NCBI GenBank assembly: GCA_044359815.1
Contig: JBIKLL010000017.1
Span: 1-42,055, forward strand
DNA: 42,055 nt
DNA from: Pseudobdellovibrionaceae bacterium
GTDB lineage: Bacteria; Bdellovibrionota; Bdellovibrionia; Bdellovibrionales; Bdellovibrionaceae
Direction: 5' to 3'
In this document: piece by piece, positions 1 to 9,316 of the stretch
Numbering within the stretch: position 1 is the first letter of the stretch
How the letters are laid out: each line of letters starts with the position of its first letter
Made by a program: the position numbers and the translations under genes
Notes under the pieces: model-generated
What the model saw: the letters and a program-made list of their open reading frames with translations, nothing else
What the model was told of the DNA's origin: nothing
Databases searched by the model: none

Positions 1-497
1 GTGAAGGAATTTTAAGCGCATACGCTCTTGGTTTTGCTATGAACTGTGTGGTTTTCAGGTTTGTGTCTATTTTAGGCCCCAGATACACTCACGGTCATGT
101 TTTTGATTTTATCAAAAAACTCAGCAATAATTCGAAAAAACTAGAAATTTTAGGAGACGGAAATCAAACGAAATCTTATTTGCATATCAATGATTTGATG
201 AACGGCCTGTGGACTGTGATACAAAATAAACCCGTTGGATTTAGCGTCTACAACATCGGCCATGATGACGCTCTCATCGTAAGGCAAAGTGCAAAATACA
301 TTGTGGATAAAATGAATCTTTCACCCGAGTTTCAGTTTATGGGTGGCGAAAGGGGCTGGATCGGCGATTCCCCCAGAATCCAATTGGACACGTCGAAGTT
401 AAAAAAATTGGGCTGGAAGACAACTGTCAGTTTGCAAAAGGCCGTTGAAGAAACCACTGAATATCTGCTTAAAAATCCAGAGCTGCTTAAGGATTGA
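1..497 (+). CDS. NAD-dependent epimerase/dehydratase (extended SDR), 5'-truncated by window edge
   Basis: Frame is open from base 3 (EGILSAYALGFAMNCVVFRFVSILGPR). C-terminal SDR hallmarks: GDGNQTKSYLHINDL, YNIG, GWIGD...LDTSKLKKLGW. Confidence 0.85.
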   Translation, partial: EGILSAYALGFAMNCVVFRFVSILGPRYTHGHVFDFIKKLSNNSKKLEILGDGNQTKSYLHINDLMNGLWTVIQNKPVGFSVYNIGHDDALIVRQSAKYIVDKMNLSPEFQFMGGERGWIGDSPRIQLDTSKLKKLGWKTTVSLQKAVEETTEYLLKNPELLKD

Positions 498-504
498 GGT
501 TTAA

Positions 505-1197
505 ATGTTACCGCTTTTGATTTTAGCCGGAGGCAAAGGCACCAGGCTATCGACAGTTTCAAATAATTTGCCCAAATATTTAATGCCCATATCAGATTCT
601 AAATGTTTTGCAGACATTCATTTATCCTGGTGTCGCGACCAAGGATTTAAAAAAATTTTTCTGAGCGTGGGTGTTTATTCTGAAAAAATTCAAAACTATG
701 TTGGAAATGGCAATAACTGGAATCTTGATATTGAATTCCTTTATGATGGAGACACTCCGCTGGGCACTGGTGGCGCAGTCCTTAAATCCCTAGAAAAACC
801 ATTTGAAGATTTGGCAGTTACCTATGGAGATACAATTTTAGAATTGAATGTCAGCCAGTTAATGACTGCTTATAAAGCGTCCAATGCCCAGGCTCTTATG
901 ACTGTATTCAGAAATACAGTGGCTGGCCATATTTGCAATGCAGATTGGCAAAATGGTTTTGTATCCTATGACAAAATCAATCCGAATCCAAAATGGCAAT
1001 ACATTGACTATGGGTTTATGGTTTTTAGCAGAAAATGGCTTCAACAGATTGATATTAAGCCCCCTTTTGATTTAGCCACTCCATTAAGTCAGGCTTCAAA
1101 AAATAATCAATTAGCTGGTTATTTAGCCACTAAACCTTTTTGGGAAATAGGCACCCCTAACGCTCTGGAAACGTTTAAGCAAAAGTTTGCCTTTTGA
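505..1197 (+). CDS. Sugar-phosphate nucleotidyltransferase (HddC/WcbM-like NTP transferase)
   Basis: LAGGKGTRL...PKYL motif, PLGTGGA, YGDT, C-terminal EIGTP. GAGG SD upstream. Confidence 0.85.
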   Translation: MLPLLILAGGKGTRLSTVSNNLPKYLMPISDSKCFADIHLSWCRDQGFKKIFLSVGVYSEKIQNYVGNGNNWNLDIEFLYDGDTPLGTGGAVLKSLEKPFEDLAVTYGDTILELNVSQLMTAYKASNAQALMTVFRNTVAGHICNADWQNGFVSYDKINPNPKWQYIDYGFMVFSRKWLQQIDIKPPFDLATPLSQASKNNQLAGYLATKPFWEIGTPNALETFKQKFAF

Positions 1198-1253
1198 AGG
1201 CAATTTTAATACTTTGATCCCTCATCTTTTGCTTTAAAGAAACGAGAGGTTTT

Positions 1254-1988
1254 ATGGATTTTGCGTCAATCAAATCACCCTATCAATCGAAAATAAAAAT
1301 TTACTCTGATGGTGCAGACAAAGCTTCAATGCTGGCCATGTCCAAAGACCCCTTGATTCAAGGTTTAACAACCAATCCTTCTTTGATGAAAAAAGCCGGC
1401 ATCACTAATTATAAAAGTTTTTGCCAAGATGTTTTGTCAGAAATTAAAAATAAGCCCATCAGCTTTGAAGTTTTCGCTGACGACCTTAAAGAGATGAAAC
1501 GCCAAGCTAACGAAATTAAAACTTGGGGCAGCAATGTTTATGTTAAAATTCCTATCACAAATTCAAAGGGCGAATCCTGTATCCCATTGGTAAAAGAATT
1601 GGCCCAAACAGGTGTCCGACTGAATGTCACTGCCCTGTTAACAATGGAACAGGTCACTCAAACAGTTCTGGCACTGAAAGACGGAGCTCCTTCAATAGTT
1701 TCAGTTTTTGCTGGTCGAATCGCAGATACAGGCAGGGACCCAGTTCCATTGATGACTGCAGCCAGCTATTTGTGCCGATCAGTGGATAAAAACATAGAAC
1801 TGCTTTGGGCTTCAAGCCGCGAATTTTTTAACGTCATTCAGGCTGAACAATCAGGCTGTCATATCATCACGGCAACTCCGGATTTAATCGCCAAAATCAA
1901 AATGCTAAACAAAGATTTAAGCGAGCTCAGCTTGGACACTGTGAAACAGTTTAAAAAAGATGCCGATGCTGCTGGATTCACATTATGA
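1254..1988 (+). CDS. tal: Transaldolase (short TalC/FSA-type)
   Basis: DGAD, GLTTNPSL, ISFEV, VYVKIP (Schiff-base Lys), LNVT, SVFAGRIAD. GAGG SD upstream. Confidence 0.88.
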   Translation: MDFASIKSPYQSKIKIYSDGADKASMLAMSKDPLIQGLTTNPSLMKKAGITNYKSFCQDVLSEIKNKPISFEVFADDLKEMKRQANEIKTWGSNVYVKIPITNSKGESCIPLVKELAQTGVRLNVTALLTMEQVTQTVLALKDGAPSIVSVFAGRIADTGRDPVPLMTAASYLCRSVDKNIELLWASSREFFNVIQAEQSGCHIITATPDLIAKIKMLNKDLSELSLDTVKQFKKDADAAGFTL

Positions 1989-2590
1989 TGGATTCATTTT
2001 CCAATTCTTTTATCAATGAATCAGTCAAGGTTCTTCAATCAGTTTCTGTGACTGACATTGAGGCCCTGGCTCAGCAACTGAAAAAAATCAAGTCTCAGTC
2101 TGGCAGATTGTTTATTTTAGGTGTCGGGGGCTCGGCTGGACACGCCAGCCATGCGGTAAATGATTTCAGAAAAATCTGTGGTATTGAAAGCTATGCTCCT
2201 ACAGATAATGTATCAGAACTGACAGCTCGAACTAATGATGAGGGCTGGGATACGACTTTTTCTGAATGGTTGAAGGTTTCAAATCTGAACAGCAAAGATG
2301 GAATTCTAATATTCTCTGTTGGCGGTGGTAATGCAGAAAAAAATGTTTCAATGAATTTGGTTAAAGCCATTGATTTGGCAAAAAAAGCTGGCAGCACCAT
2401 TTTAGGCATTGTTGGCAAAGACGGTGGCCATACCAAAAAATCCGCTACAGCTTGTGTTGTGATTCCTCCGCTTTTTTCTGACCATATTACTCCACACACC
2501 GAGGGATTGGCAGCAGTGGTGTGGCACCTTTTGGTTTCTCACCCAGCTATCAAAGCCCATCAAACAAAATGGGAAAGTACGGTTAAATAA
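1985..2590 (+). CDS. SIS-domain sugar-phosphate isomerase, GmhA-like but divergent
   Basis: GVGGSAGHASH, ELTARTND-EGW, SVGGGN, GKDGG. ATGA overlap with tal. Confidence 0.8.
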   Translation: MMDSFSNSFINESVKVLQSVSVTDIEALAQQLKKIKSQSGRLFILGVGGSAGHASHAVNDFRKICGIESYAPTDNVSELTARTNDEGWDTTFSEWLKVSNLNSKDGILIFSVGGGNAEKNVSMNLVKAIDLAKKAGSTILGIVGKDGGHTKKSATACVVIPPLFSDHITPHTEGLAAVVWHLLVSHPAIKAHQTKWESTVK

Positions 2591-2592
2591 AA

Positions 2593-3261
2593 GTGAAAAA
2601 ATTTTTGCTAATCGATCTTGATGACACCTTAGTAGCCTCAGAAGCCAGCTACCCCATCGCGATGGAAAAAATTGGAATTCCTCAAACAGACCCGGTTTTT
2701 TTGGAAGCCAGAGCCTTGGTTAAGGCAGGATTAACCGAACTTCACCCAAGCGCCAGATCCAGAATCTTGTACTTTAAAAAATATCTAGAAATTAAAAATC
2801 AGTTTTCAACAGATCGATTGCTTTCTTTGATTCACAAATACGAAAACGAGTTGTGTTTATTGTTAAGGGATTCTTGGAAATCACTTCAACGAGACAAACT
2901 GTTTACCGAATTGAAAACTCAATTTCAAATAATCGCGATACTGACCAACGAAACCCTCAGAATGCAGACTTTAAAACTAAATGTCTTGGATCCACAAGCC
3001 AAGTATTTCGATTTGCTGTTAACCAGTGAAGAAATTGGCGCAGAAAAACCAAGCCATAAGTTTTTTCAAACCGCAATCTCCAGACTGAAGACGCAACCGT
3101 CTGATTGTGTGATGGTTGGGGATTCTTTTGGTAAGGACATTCTGCCTTGCAAGGATCTGGGAATAACTGCTGTTAAAACAATTGAGTTCCTGAATGACGA
3201 AACCACAATGCCCTTTCACAAGGTCATTCACCGTCTGGACCAATTGCCCGAGGTGCTTTGA
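2593..3261 (+). CDS. HAD-superfamily phosphatase (subfamily IA-like)
   Basis: Motif I DLDDTL, motif II LTN, EKP, motif IV VGDSFGKDI. GTG start. Confidence 0.85.
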   Translation: MKKFLLIDLDDTLVASEASYPIAMEKIGIPQTDPVFLEARALVKAGLTELHPSARSRILYFKKYLEIKNQFSTDRLLSLIHKYENELCLLLRDSWKSLQRDKLFTELKTQFQIIAILTNETLRMQTLKLNVLDPQAKYFDLLLTSEEIGAEKPSHKFFQTAISRLKTQPSDCVMVGDSFGKDILPCKDLGITAVKTIEFLNDETTMPFHKVIHRLDQLPEVL

Positions 3262-4254
3262 TTGACTAAAAAAGTAAAATCCTTAGCCGTATCGGTATCC
3301 AAGTATTTAATAGCCGTGGGATTGATTTACTGGCTTGTAGGCTCAGGAAAACTTAATTTCCAATTACTCAAAGACGTCGCTACCCCCGTAAACGTCATTT
3401 TGATTTTTACATTAGGGGCATTTAATATTCTGTTTGCCAGTCTGCGCTGGAGAATGCTGTTACAGGATCACGTACAAAATTATCCCGTTTTGAAAATTTT
3501 TAAACTTTCCTGTGTGGGTTTGTTTTTTAATTTTGCCATGCCCGGTGGAGTCGGTGGTGACGTCATCAAGGGCTATTATCTGGTGCAGGAAAACAAACAG
3601 AAAATGACTCAAACAATCATTTCGGTACTGATGGATCGATTGGTTGGACTGTATTGCATGATTCTTATGGGCGCACTGGCAATGTTGATTGATCTTTCTC
3701 ATGTTGAAGTCGAACAGGATTTAAAACTGATTTTTACCAGCATGATTTCGATTTGGGTTATTTTTACGGTTTTTTTAATGATCTCGTTTTCAAACAGACT
3801 TCAGCAAAAGGCTTCCTTGCTGTTAAATCAGATCGAACGGTATAAAATTGGCGCTATCCTTAAGAAAATCTACTCGGCAATTTTTGAGTACTCTAAATCC
3901 AAAAAAACAGTGATTAAAGCAGTTATTCTGACTTTGGCTGCGCAAATGTTGGCCATATTAATTTTTTATATAATTGGCGAAACCTTAATGCCCGGAAAAC
4001 TGCCCCTTTCGATTTATTTTATTGCCGCACCCATTGGATTTATCATCACGGCTTTGCCAATAACCCCTGGCGGCGTGGGCATGGGGCAAGCCGCATTTTA
4101 TTATTTGTTTAATCTTTACTCTGAAGGATCTGGCCCCGTGGGAGTCACTGCTGTGACTACCCTTCAATTGATACAATTTGTTTTTGGTGTCTATGGCGCC
4201 ATCTATTTTGCCCGGCATAAAGTGTCCCCACAAATGGCCGAAAATTTGTCCTAA
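3262..4254 (+). CDS. Lysylphosphatidylglycerol-synthase TM-domain / UPF0104 putative flippase
   Basis: About 8 hydrophobic segments. Motifs RWRMLL, FFNFAMPGGVGGDVIK, DRLVGL, LPITPGGVG. TTG start abuts the HAD stop. Confidence 0.8.
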   Translation: MTKKVKSLAVSVSKYLIAVGLIYWLVGSGKLNFQLLKDVATPVNVILIFTLGAFNILFASLRWRMLLQDHVQNYPVLKIFKLSCVGLFFNFAMPGGVGGDVIKGYYLVQENKQKMTQTIISVLMDRLVGLYCMILMGALAMLIDLSHVEVEQDLKLIFTSMISIWVIFTVFLMISFSNRLQQKASLLLNQIERYKIGAILKKIYSAIFEYSKSKKTVIKAVILTLAAQMLAILIFYIIGETLMPGKLPLSIYFIAAPIGFIITALPITPGGVGMGQAAFYYLFNLYSEGSGPVGVTAVTTLQLIQFVFGVYGAIYFARHKVSPQMAENLS

Positions 4255-4274
4255 AAAGTGTTAACTTTTACAAT
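4246..4274 (+). promoter_or_regulatory. Putative sigma70 promoter for metH-metF
   Basis: TTGTCC (4246-4251), 17 bp spacer, TACAAT (4269-4274), ending 24 bp before the metH ATG. Confidence 0.45.
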
Positions 4275-4298
4275 TAGCTAAAGTACAAACAAAGACTT

Positions 4299-7200
4299 AT
4301 GACAAATTACAAACACCGCAACGCATTGTTACAGGCACAGGCTGCAAACCGAATTTTAGTTTTGGACGGAGCCATGGGTACAGCCATTCAAGATCTGAAA
4401 TTATCGGATGCTGATTTTGGCGGTGCTGACCTTGAAGGATGTAATGAAAATTTAGTTTTGACCCGCCCTGAGCTGATTCAGCAAATCCACGAAAAATATT
4501 TATCAGTTGGTTGTGACATTATCGAAACCAATACTTTTGGATCAACGCCTTTGGTGTTGGATGAATACAAATTGGGATCTAAAGCTTATGAAATTTCAAA
4601 GATTGCCGCTGAACTGGCAGTCAAAGCAGCTCAAAAATATTCTACTGATTCTCAACCCAGGTTTGTGGCTGGCTCCATTGGCCCAACGACGAAAGCCATT
4701 TCTGTAACTGGTGGAGTGACCTTTCAACAGCTGATTGATAATTACTATGTACAATGCAAAGGCCTGATGGATGGGGGCTGTGATTATTTGTTGATTGAAA
4801 CTGCTCAAGATTCCAGAAATATTAAATCAGCTTTGCTGGCCATTGAAAAACTGGAACACGAGTATCAGCAGGAAATTTTAGTGGCCGTCAGTGGCACCAT
4901 TGAAACAATGGGAACAATGCTGGCAGGCCAAAGCGTTGAAGCGTTTTTTGCAGCGGTCATGCACAAACCATTATTTTATATTGGGCTAAATTGCGCCACT
5001 GGGCCCGAGTTTATGACTGACCATATTAGGACTTTGTCAAAATTATCTCCGTTTAAGGTTGCTTGTATTCCTAACGCTGGCCTTCCTGATGAAGACGGCT
5101 GTTACGTTGAAACACCTGATTCTATGGCCAAGGTTTTAAACAACTTTATGTCCAATGGTTGGATTAATTTTATTGGCGGCTGCTGTGGAACTAATTATGA
5201 TCACATAAAAAAATTCTCGGAAATTGCTAAAAATTTTAAACCCAGAACTGTCAGTCAGGTTAAAAAATCTTATCTCAGCGGAATTGAGTTTTTAGAGGTT
5301 GGCGACGACATGAGGCCAATTATTGTTGGCGAACGTACAAATGTCATAGGCTCTAAAAAATTTAAAACTCTGATCACAAACAATTCTTTTGAAGAAGCCT
5401 CAGACGTTGGCCGTGCGCAGGTTAAATCAGGCGCTGCCATCGTCGACATTTGTCTGTCAAATCCAGACCGAAATGAAATTGAAGACATGAAAAGCTTTAT
5501 GGAAAAAGCGATTAAGGTCATCAAAGCCCCTATCATGATCGATTCGACCGATGAAAAGGTCATCGAGCTAGCATTAACCTACTGTCAGGGTAAATCCATT
5601 ATCAATTCGATAAACCTAGAAGACGGTGAAAAAAGATTTGAAGAGGTCGTACCGCTTGCAAGATCTTATGGAGCCGCCCTGGTTGTTGGAACAATTGATG
5701 AAGATCCAATCAAGGGTATGGCCGTAACTGCTGATCGTAAACTTCAGGTCGCCACAAGATCCCATAAACTACTGACTCAAAATTTTAATTTTCCCGAAGA
5801 AGACATTTATTTTGACCCCTTGGTATTCCCATGTGCTACCGGTGATGAAAATTACATCGGCTCTGCCAAAGAAACCATCGAAGGTATCAGACTTATTAAA
5901 AAACAGTTTCCATTTTGCAAAACGGTTTTAGGAATTTCTAATATCAGTTTTGGATTACCGGCCGCTGGTCGTGAAGTTTTAAATGCTGTGTTTTTAAATC
6001 ACTGCGTAGAAGCTGGTTTAGATTTGGCCTTAGTTAATTCTGAAAAGCTTGAACGCTTTGCCAATATCCCAGCCCACGAATTAGAACTTTCAAATAACTT
6101 GTTGTTCAATATCAAAACTCAAGCAAATCCTGATCCCATTGCTGCTTTTGCCGCACATTTTCGTGAACGTAAAAAAGTATCGACTGTTGATCGCACCAGT
6201 ATTCCGATTGACCAAAGACTTTCAAAAAATATTGTCGATGGTTCAAAAGAAGGCTTGTTGGAAGATCTAGAGACTTTGTCAAAAACCACCAAACCCCTTG
6301 ATATTATCAATGGCCCCTTAATGCGGGGAATGGATGAGGTTGGAAAACTGTTTAATGCTAATAAGCTGATAGTGGCAGAGGTCCTTCAAAGTGCCGAGGT
6401 CATGAAAGCCGCAGTCGCCTATTTGGAACCATTGATGGAAAAGACCGAAGCATCCAATCGGGGAAAAATCCTTTTAGCTACTGTTAAAGGCGATGTTCAC
6501 GATATCGGTAAAAATCTGGTGGATATTATTTTAAGCAATAATGGTTACCAAGTTATAAATTTAGGTATCAAGATTCCTCCTGAAGTTTTGATCGAAAACG
6601 TCAGAAAGCATAATCCTGACATCATAGGCCTTTCGGGATTGTTGGTAAAATCAGCTCAACAAATGGTAATTACCGCTGAAGATTTATCTAATGCTGGCAT
6701 CACAACCCCTATGCTTGTGGGCGGAGCCGCACTGTCCAGATCCTTTACTGAAAAAAGAATTTTGCCTGCATACAAAGGCCCTGTGCTGTACGCAAACGAT
6801 GCTATGAATGGATTGGATTTAGCCAATCAGATTCAAAACAAAGAAAAATTTAAAGCGATACTTTCAGAGATTGAAATCACTCGAAAAAATGTAGCCAATG
6901 CTGTTCAAGCTCCAAAGGCTGAAGCTAGCGCTCCAGTTACTAAATCCAGCATCGCAAACGCCAAGGACATCCCAGCACCTCCTGATTTTACCAGACATGT
7001 GATCAAGGATTTGCCCATCGACAGAATGTGGAAATTTATTAATCCTTTAATGCTTTACACAAGGCATTTGGGAATCAAAGCCAAATCTGCAAAACTGCTA
7101 GGTGATTTGGACGAGGGGCGCATCAAGGAATCTGCTGTCGCCGCAGAGGATCCAAAGGCCCTTGAGATTTGGAAACAGGTTCAAGAAATCAAATCAGAAT

Positions 7201-7808
7201 ATCGAGGCACTCAGTTATTTTCACCGAAAGCTGTGTATCAGTTTTTCAAGGCTCACAGCTTTGAATCCAAAATCTTTGTGAGTAACTCTTCAAAAGAAAT
7301 TGAGTTCGACTTTCCCAGACAAAATAAATCACCGTATCTTTGTATTTCTGACTATGTTTCAAAAACTCCCAATCAAGACAATCTAGCGATGTTTGTTGTC
7401 ACAGCTGGGAACCAAGTTCGTGAAACCGCAGAAAAGCTCAAAGAATCTGGGCAGTTTTTAAAATGCCATGCCTTACAGGCTTTAGCTCTGGAAACTGCAG
7501 AATCCACTGCTGAATGGATGCATGGATTTTTGCGCGGATTATGGGGATTTCCTGATTCAACTGAGCTCTCAATGCTTGAAAGATTTCAGGCCCGATACCG
7601 CGGTAAACGTTATTCTTTCGGATATCCCGCCTGCCCCAGATTGGATGATCAAGAACTGCTTTGGCAATTGTTAAATCCAACGGATATTGGTGTTCAATTG
7701 ACTGAAGGTTTTATGATGGACCCTGAAGCCAGCGTTTCAGCCATTGTATTTCATCACCCTGAAGCCACTTATTTTAGCGTAGGAAATCAATTAGAAGCCA
7801 GCCTATGA
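4299..7808 (+). CDS. metH: Cobalamin-dependent methionine synthase
   Basis: LDGAMGT; Zn ligands LNCATGP and GGCCGT; pterin domain GERTN; B12 motif DVHDIGKNLV...SGLL; activation domain RYSFGYPACP. Confidence 0.97.
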   Translation: MTNYKHRNALLQAQAANRILVLDGAMGTAIQDLKLSDADFGGADLEGCNENLVLTRPELIQQIHEKYLSVGCDIIETNTFGSTPLVLDEYKLGSKAYEISKIAAELAVKAAQKYSTDSQPRFVAGSIGPTTKAISVTGGVTFQQLIDNYYVQCKGLMDGGCDYLLIETAQDSRNIKSALLAIEKLEHEYQQEILVAVSGTIETMGTMLAGQSVEAFFAAVMHKPLFYIGLNCATGPEFMTDHIRTLSKLSPFKVACIPNAGLPDEDGCYVETPDSMAKVLNNFMSNGWINFIGGCCGTNYDHIKKFSEIAKNFKPRTVSQVKKSYLSGIEFLEVGDDMRPIIVGERTNVIGSKKFKTLITNNSFEEASDVGRAQVKSGAAIVDICLSNPDRNEIEDMKSFMEKAIKVIKAPIMIDSTDEKVIELALTYCQGKSIINSINLEDGEKRFEEVVPLARSYGAALVVGTIDEDPIKGMAVTADRKLQVATRSHKLLTQNFNFPEEDIYFDPLVFPCATGDENYIGSAKETIEGIRLIKKQFPFCKTVLGISNISFGLPAAGREVLNAVFLNHCVEAGLDLALVNSEKLERFANIPAHELELSNNLLFNIKTQANPDPIAAFAAHFRERKKVSTVDRTSIPIDQRLSKNIVDGSKEGLLEDLETLSKTTKPLDIINGPLMRGMDEVGKLFNANKLIVAEVLQSAEVMKAAVAYLEPLMEKTEASNRGKILLATVKGDVHDIGKNLVDIILSNNGYQVINLGIKIPPEVLIENVRKHNPDIIGLSGLLVKSAQQMVITAEDLSNAGITTPMLVGGAALSRSFTEKRILPAYKGPVLYANDAMNGLDLANQIQNKEKFKAILSEIEITRKNVANAVQAPKAEASAPVTKSSIANAKDIPAPPDFTRHVIKDLPIDRMWKFINPLMLYTRHLGIKAKSAKLLGDLDEGRIKESAVAAEDPKALEIWKQVQEIKSEYRGTQLFSPKAVYQFFKAHSFESKIFVSNSSKEIEFDFPRQNKSPYLCISDYVSKTPNQDNLAMFVVTAGNQVRETAEKLKESGQFLKCHALQALALETAESTAEWMHGFLRGLWGFPDSTELSMLERFQARYRGKRYSFGYPACPRLDDQELLWQLLNPTDIGVQLTEGFMMDPEASVSAIVFHHPEATYFSVGNQLEASL

Positions 7809-8719
7809 ATCAATTCAACACCACAGATATAAAAATGACGGAACTGATGGCTCAATCCAGTTTCACTATTTCTGCCGAAGTCATCCCCCCTCGTAACGGA
7901 GCTCCACAGGAAGAAATTTTATCACAGATCAATCAGTTGGTTGCCAGTGGCACACAATTTCTGTCTGTGACCAAGGGAGCTGGAGGAAGTCTGCGCGGTG
8001 GCAGTTTACCAATAGCTCAAACAATTAAAGATCATTTTAGGAAACCTGTAATAGCGCATTTTACTTGCCGCGATCTGACCCCTGAGGAAGTAGAGAACCA
8101 GTTAATGGATCATCATTACTTTGGCGTCAGAAATATTTTAGCACTCAGAGGCGATCCTCCGCAGGGTATCGCTGATTGGAAGGCCAATCCAAAATCCTAT
8201 TTGTATGCCTATTTGTTGATTGATCAGATTAAAAAACTCAATGAAGGACAGTATTACCACCGAGAAGGTTTCAAAGCGGGAAACACAAAGACTGACTTTT
8301 GCATTGGAGCTGCTGCTTACCCCGATGATGCTGGAACTGAACAAAGAATCGGATACTTCCTGAAAAAATATTTAGCTGGAGCTCAATACGGAATCACACA
8401 AATGGTTTATGATGTCGATTCTTATGCCAGTTTTTTGGATGAGCTGGGTAAAAATAAATGTGATATTCCAATTTTAGTAGGCACACGTGTTTTAAAAACT
8501 AAAAAGCAAGCCCATACTATGATTCAAAGATTCGGAATCAAAATTCCTAATTGGTATATAAATGCTCTGCCTGAAGTTGAAAACAAAGATAGGGCCTACG
8601 AACTTTTCCTGGAACTGGCTGAGGGCTTTAAGAAAGCCGGAGCTCCAGGCATCCATGTATTTGTTTTGTCAGATACTGAACTCAGTTGCCGAGTGATTAA
8701 AAGCCTTAAACCCAGCTAA
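7805..8719 (+). CDS. metF: 5,10-methylenetetrahydrofolate reductase
   Basis: SAEVIPPR, SVTKGAGG, AHFTCRD, ILALRGDPP, ITQMVYD, GIHVF. ATGA overlap with metH. Confidence 0.92.
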   Translation: MNQFNTTDIKMTELMAQSSFTISAEVIPPRNGAPQEEILSQINQLVASGTQFLSVTKGAGGSLRGGSLPIAQTIKDHFRKPVIAHFTCRDLTPEEVENQLMDHHYFGVRNILALRGDPPQGIADWKANPKSYLYAYLLIDQIKKLNEGQYYHREGFKAGNTKTDFCIGAAAYPDDAGTEQRIGYFLKKYLAGAQYGITQMVYDVDSYASFLDELGKNKCDIPILVGTRVLKTKKQAHTMIQRFGIKIPNWYINALPEVENKDRAYELFLELAEGFKKAGAPGIHVFVLSDTELSCRVIKSLKPS

Positions 8720-9315
8720 ATCCATTTGTCAGGAAATTTAGTGCAAACGGCATCAGCGTAATTTGCAAAATATTTTTTATGCTCGCCAATTAAATTTTCC
8801 GGCAACTTCTGAAGCTCAGGTGACACCAAACAGATTTTAAAATTTTCTTTCAACTCATTGAGCCAGCTCAAAGGGACCATTTTATTTTCGAAACAATCAA
8901 CCCAAAGCCACTGAACCTTTCCAATAAACATTTTTGCAAATTCTAAGGGTTCAACTGCAGACAGTCTGACTGACAGATTTTGTGATTTGACTTTCTTAGC
9001 ATGAATCAAATGGTAGAGCGTTGGTATCGTGGTATCTAGAAAAAAATAATTTTGAAAATCAATTTCTTTCATTTTCACAATAAGGTCTTCTTCCAAACCG
9101 TCATCTTTCGTATTTAAAATTAATGGGCCCGAAATTTTCTTGGATTTAAAAACTTCCAGCCATTGATCAAAATCTTCACCTTCAGTGAAAACATCGTGAG
9201 TGACTTTTATTTTTCTGCCTTGATCAGTCGCTCTTAAATCAATCTCTAAACCCCAGTCATTTTTGATGGTCGCCAGATCTTTAACTGAGTTCACTCTGTG
9301 TTTGATTATTTTCAC
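8716..9315 (-). CDS. Small GDPD/PI-PLC-like phosphodiesterase (TIM barrel) of polysaccharide clusters
   Basis: N-terminal HRVN, GLEIDLR, VTHD, LNTK, FFLD, WLWVDCF, ICLVSPELQ, DAVCTK. Confidence 0.7.
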   Translation of the reverse strand: MKIIKHRVNSVKDLATIKNDWGLEIDLRATDQGRKIKVTHDVFTEGEDFDQWLEVFKSKKISGPLILNTKDDGLEEDLIVKMKEIDFQNYFFLDTTIPTLYHLIHAKKVKSQNLSVRLSAVEPLEFAKMFIGKVQWLWVDCFENKMVPLSWLNELKENFKICLVSPELQKLPENLIGEHKKYFANYADAVCTKFPDKWI

Positions 9316-9316
9316 T

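Noticed and set aside
2593..3261. gmhB assignment for the HAD
   Set aside because: It has a DLDDT motif with a C1-cap-like insert, not the DRDG and CxC-type features of GmhB.
4255..4298. SAM or cobalamin riboswitch before metH
   Set aside because: The intergenic gap is only 44 bp.
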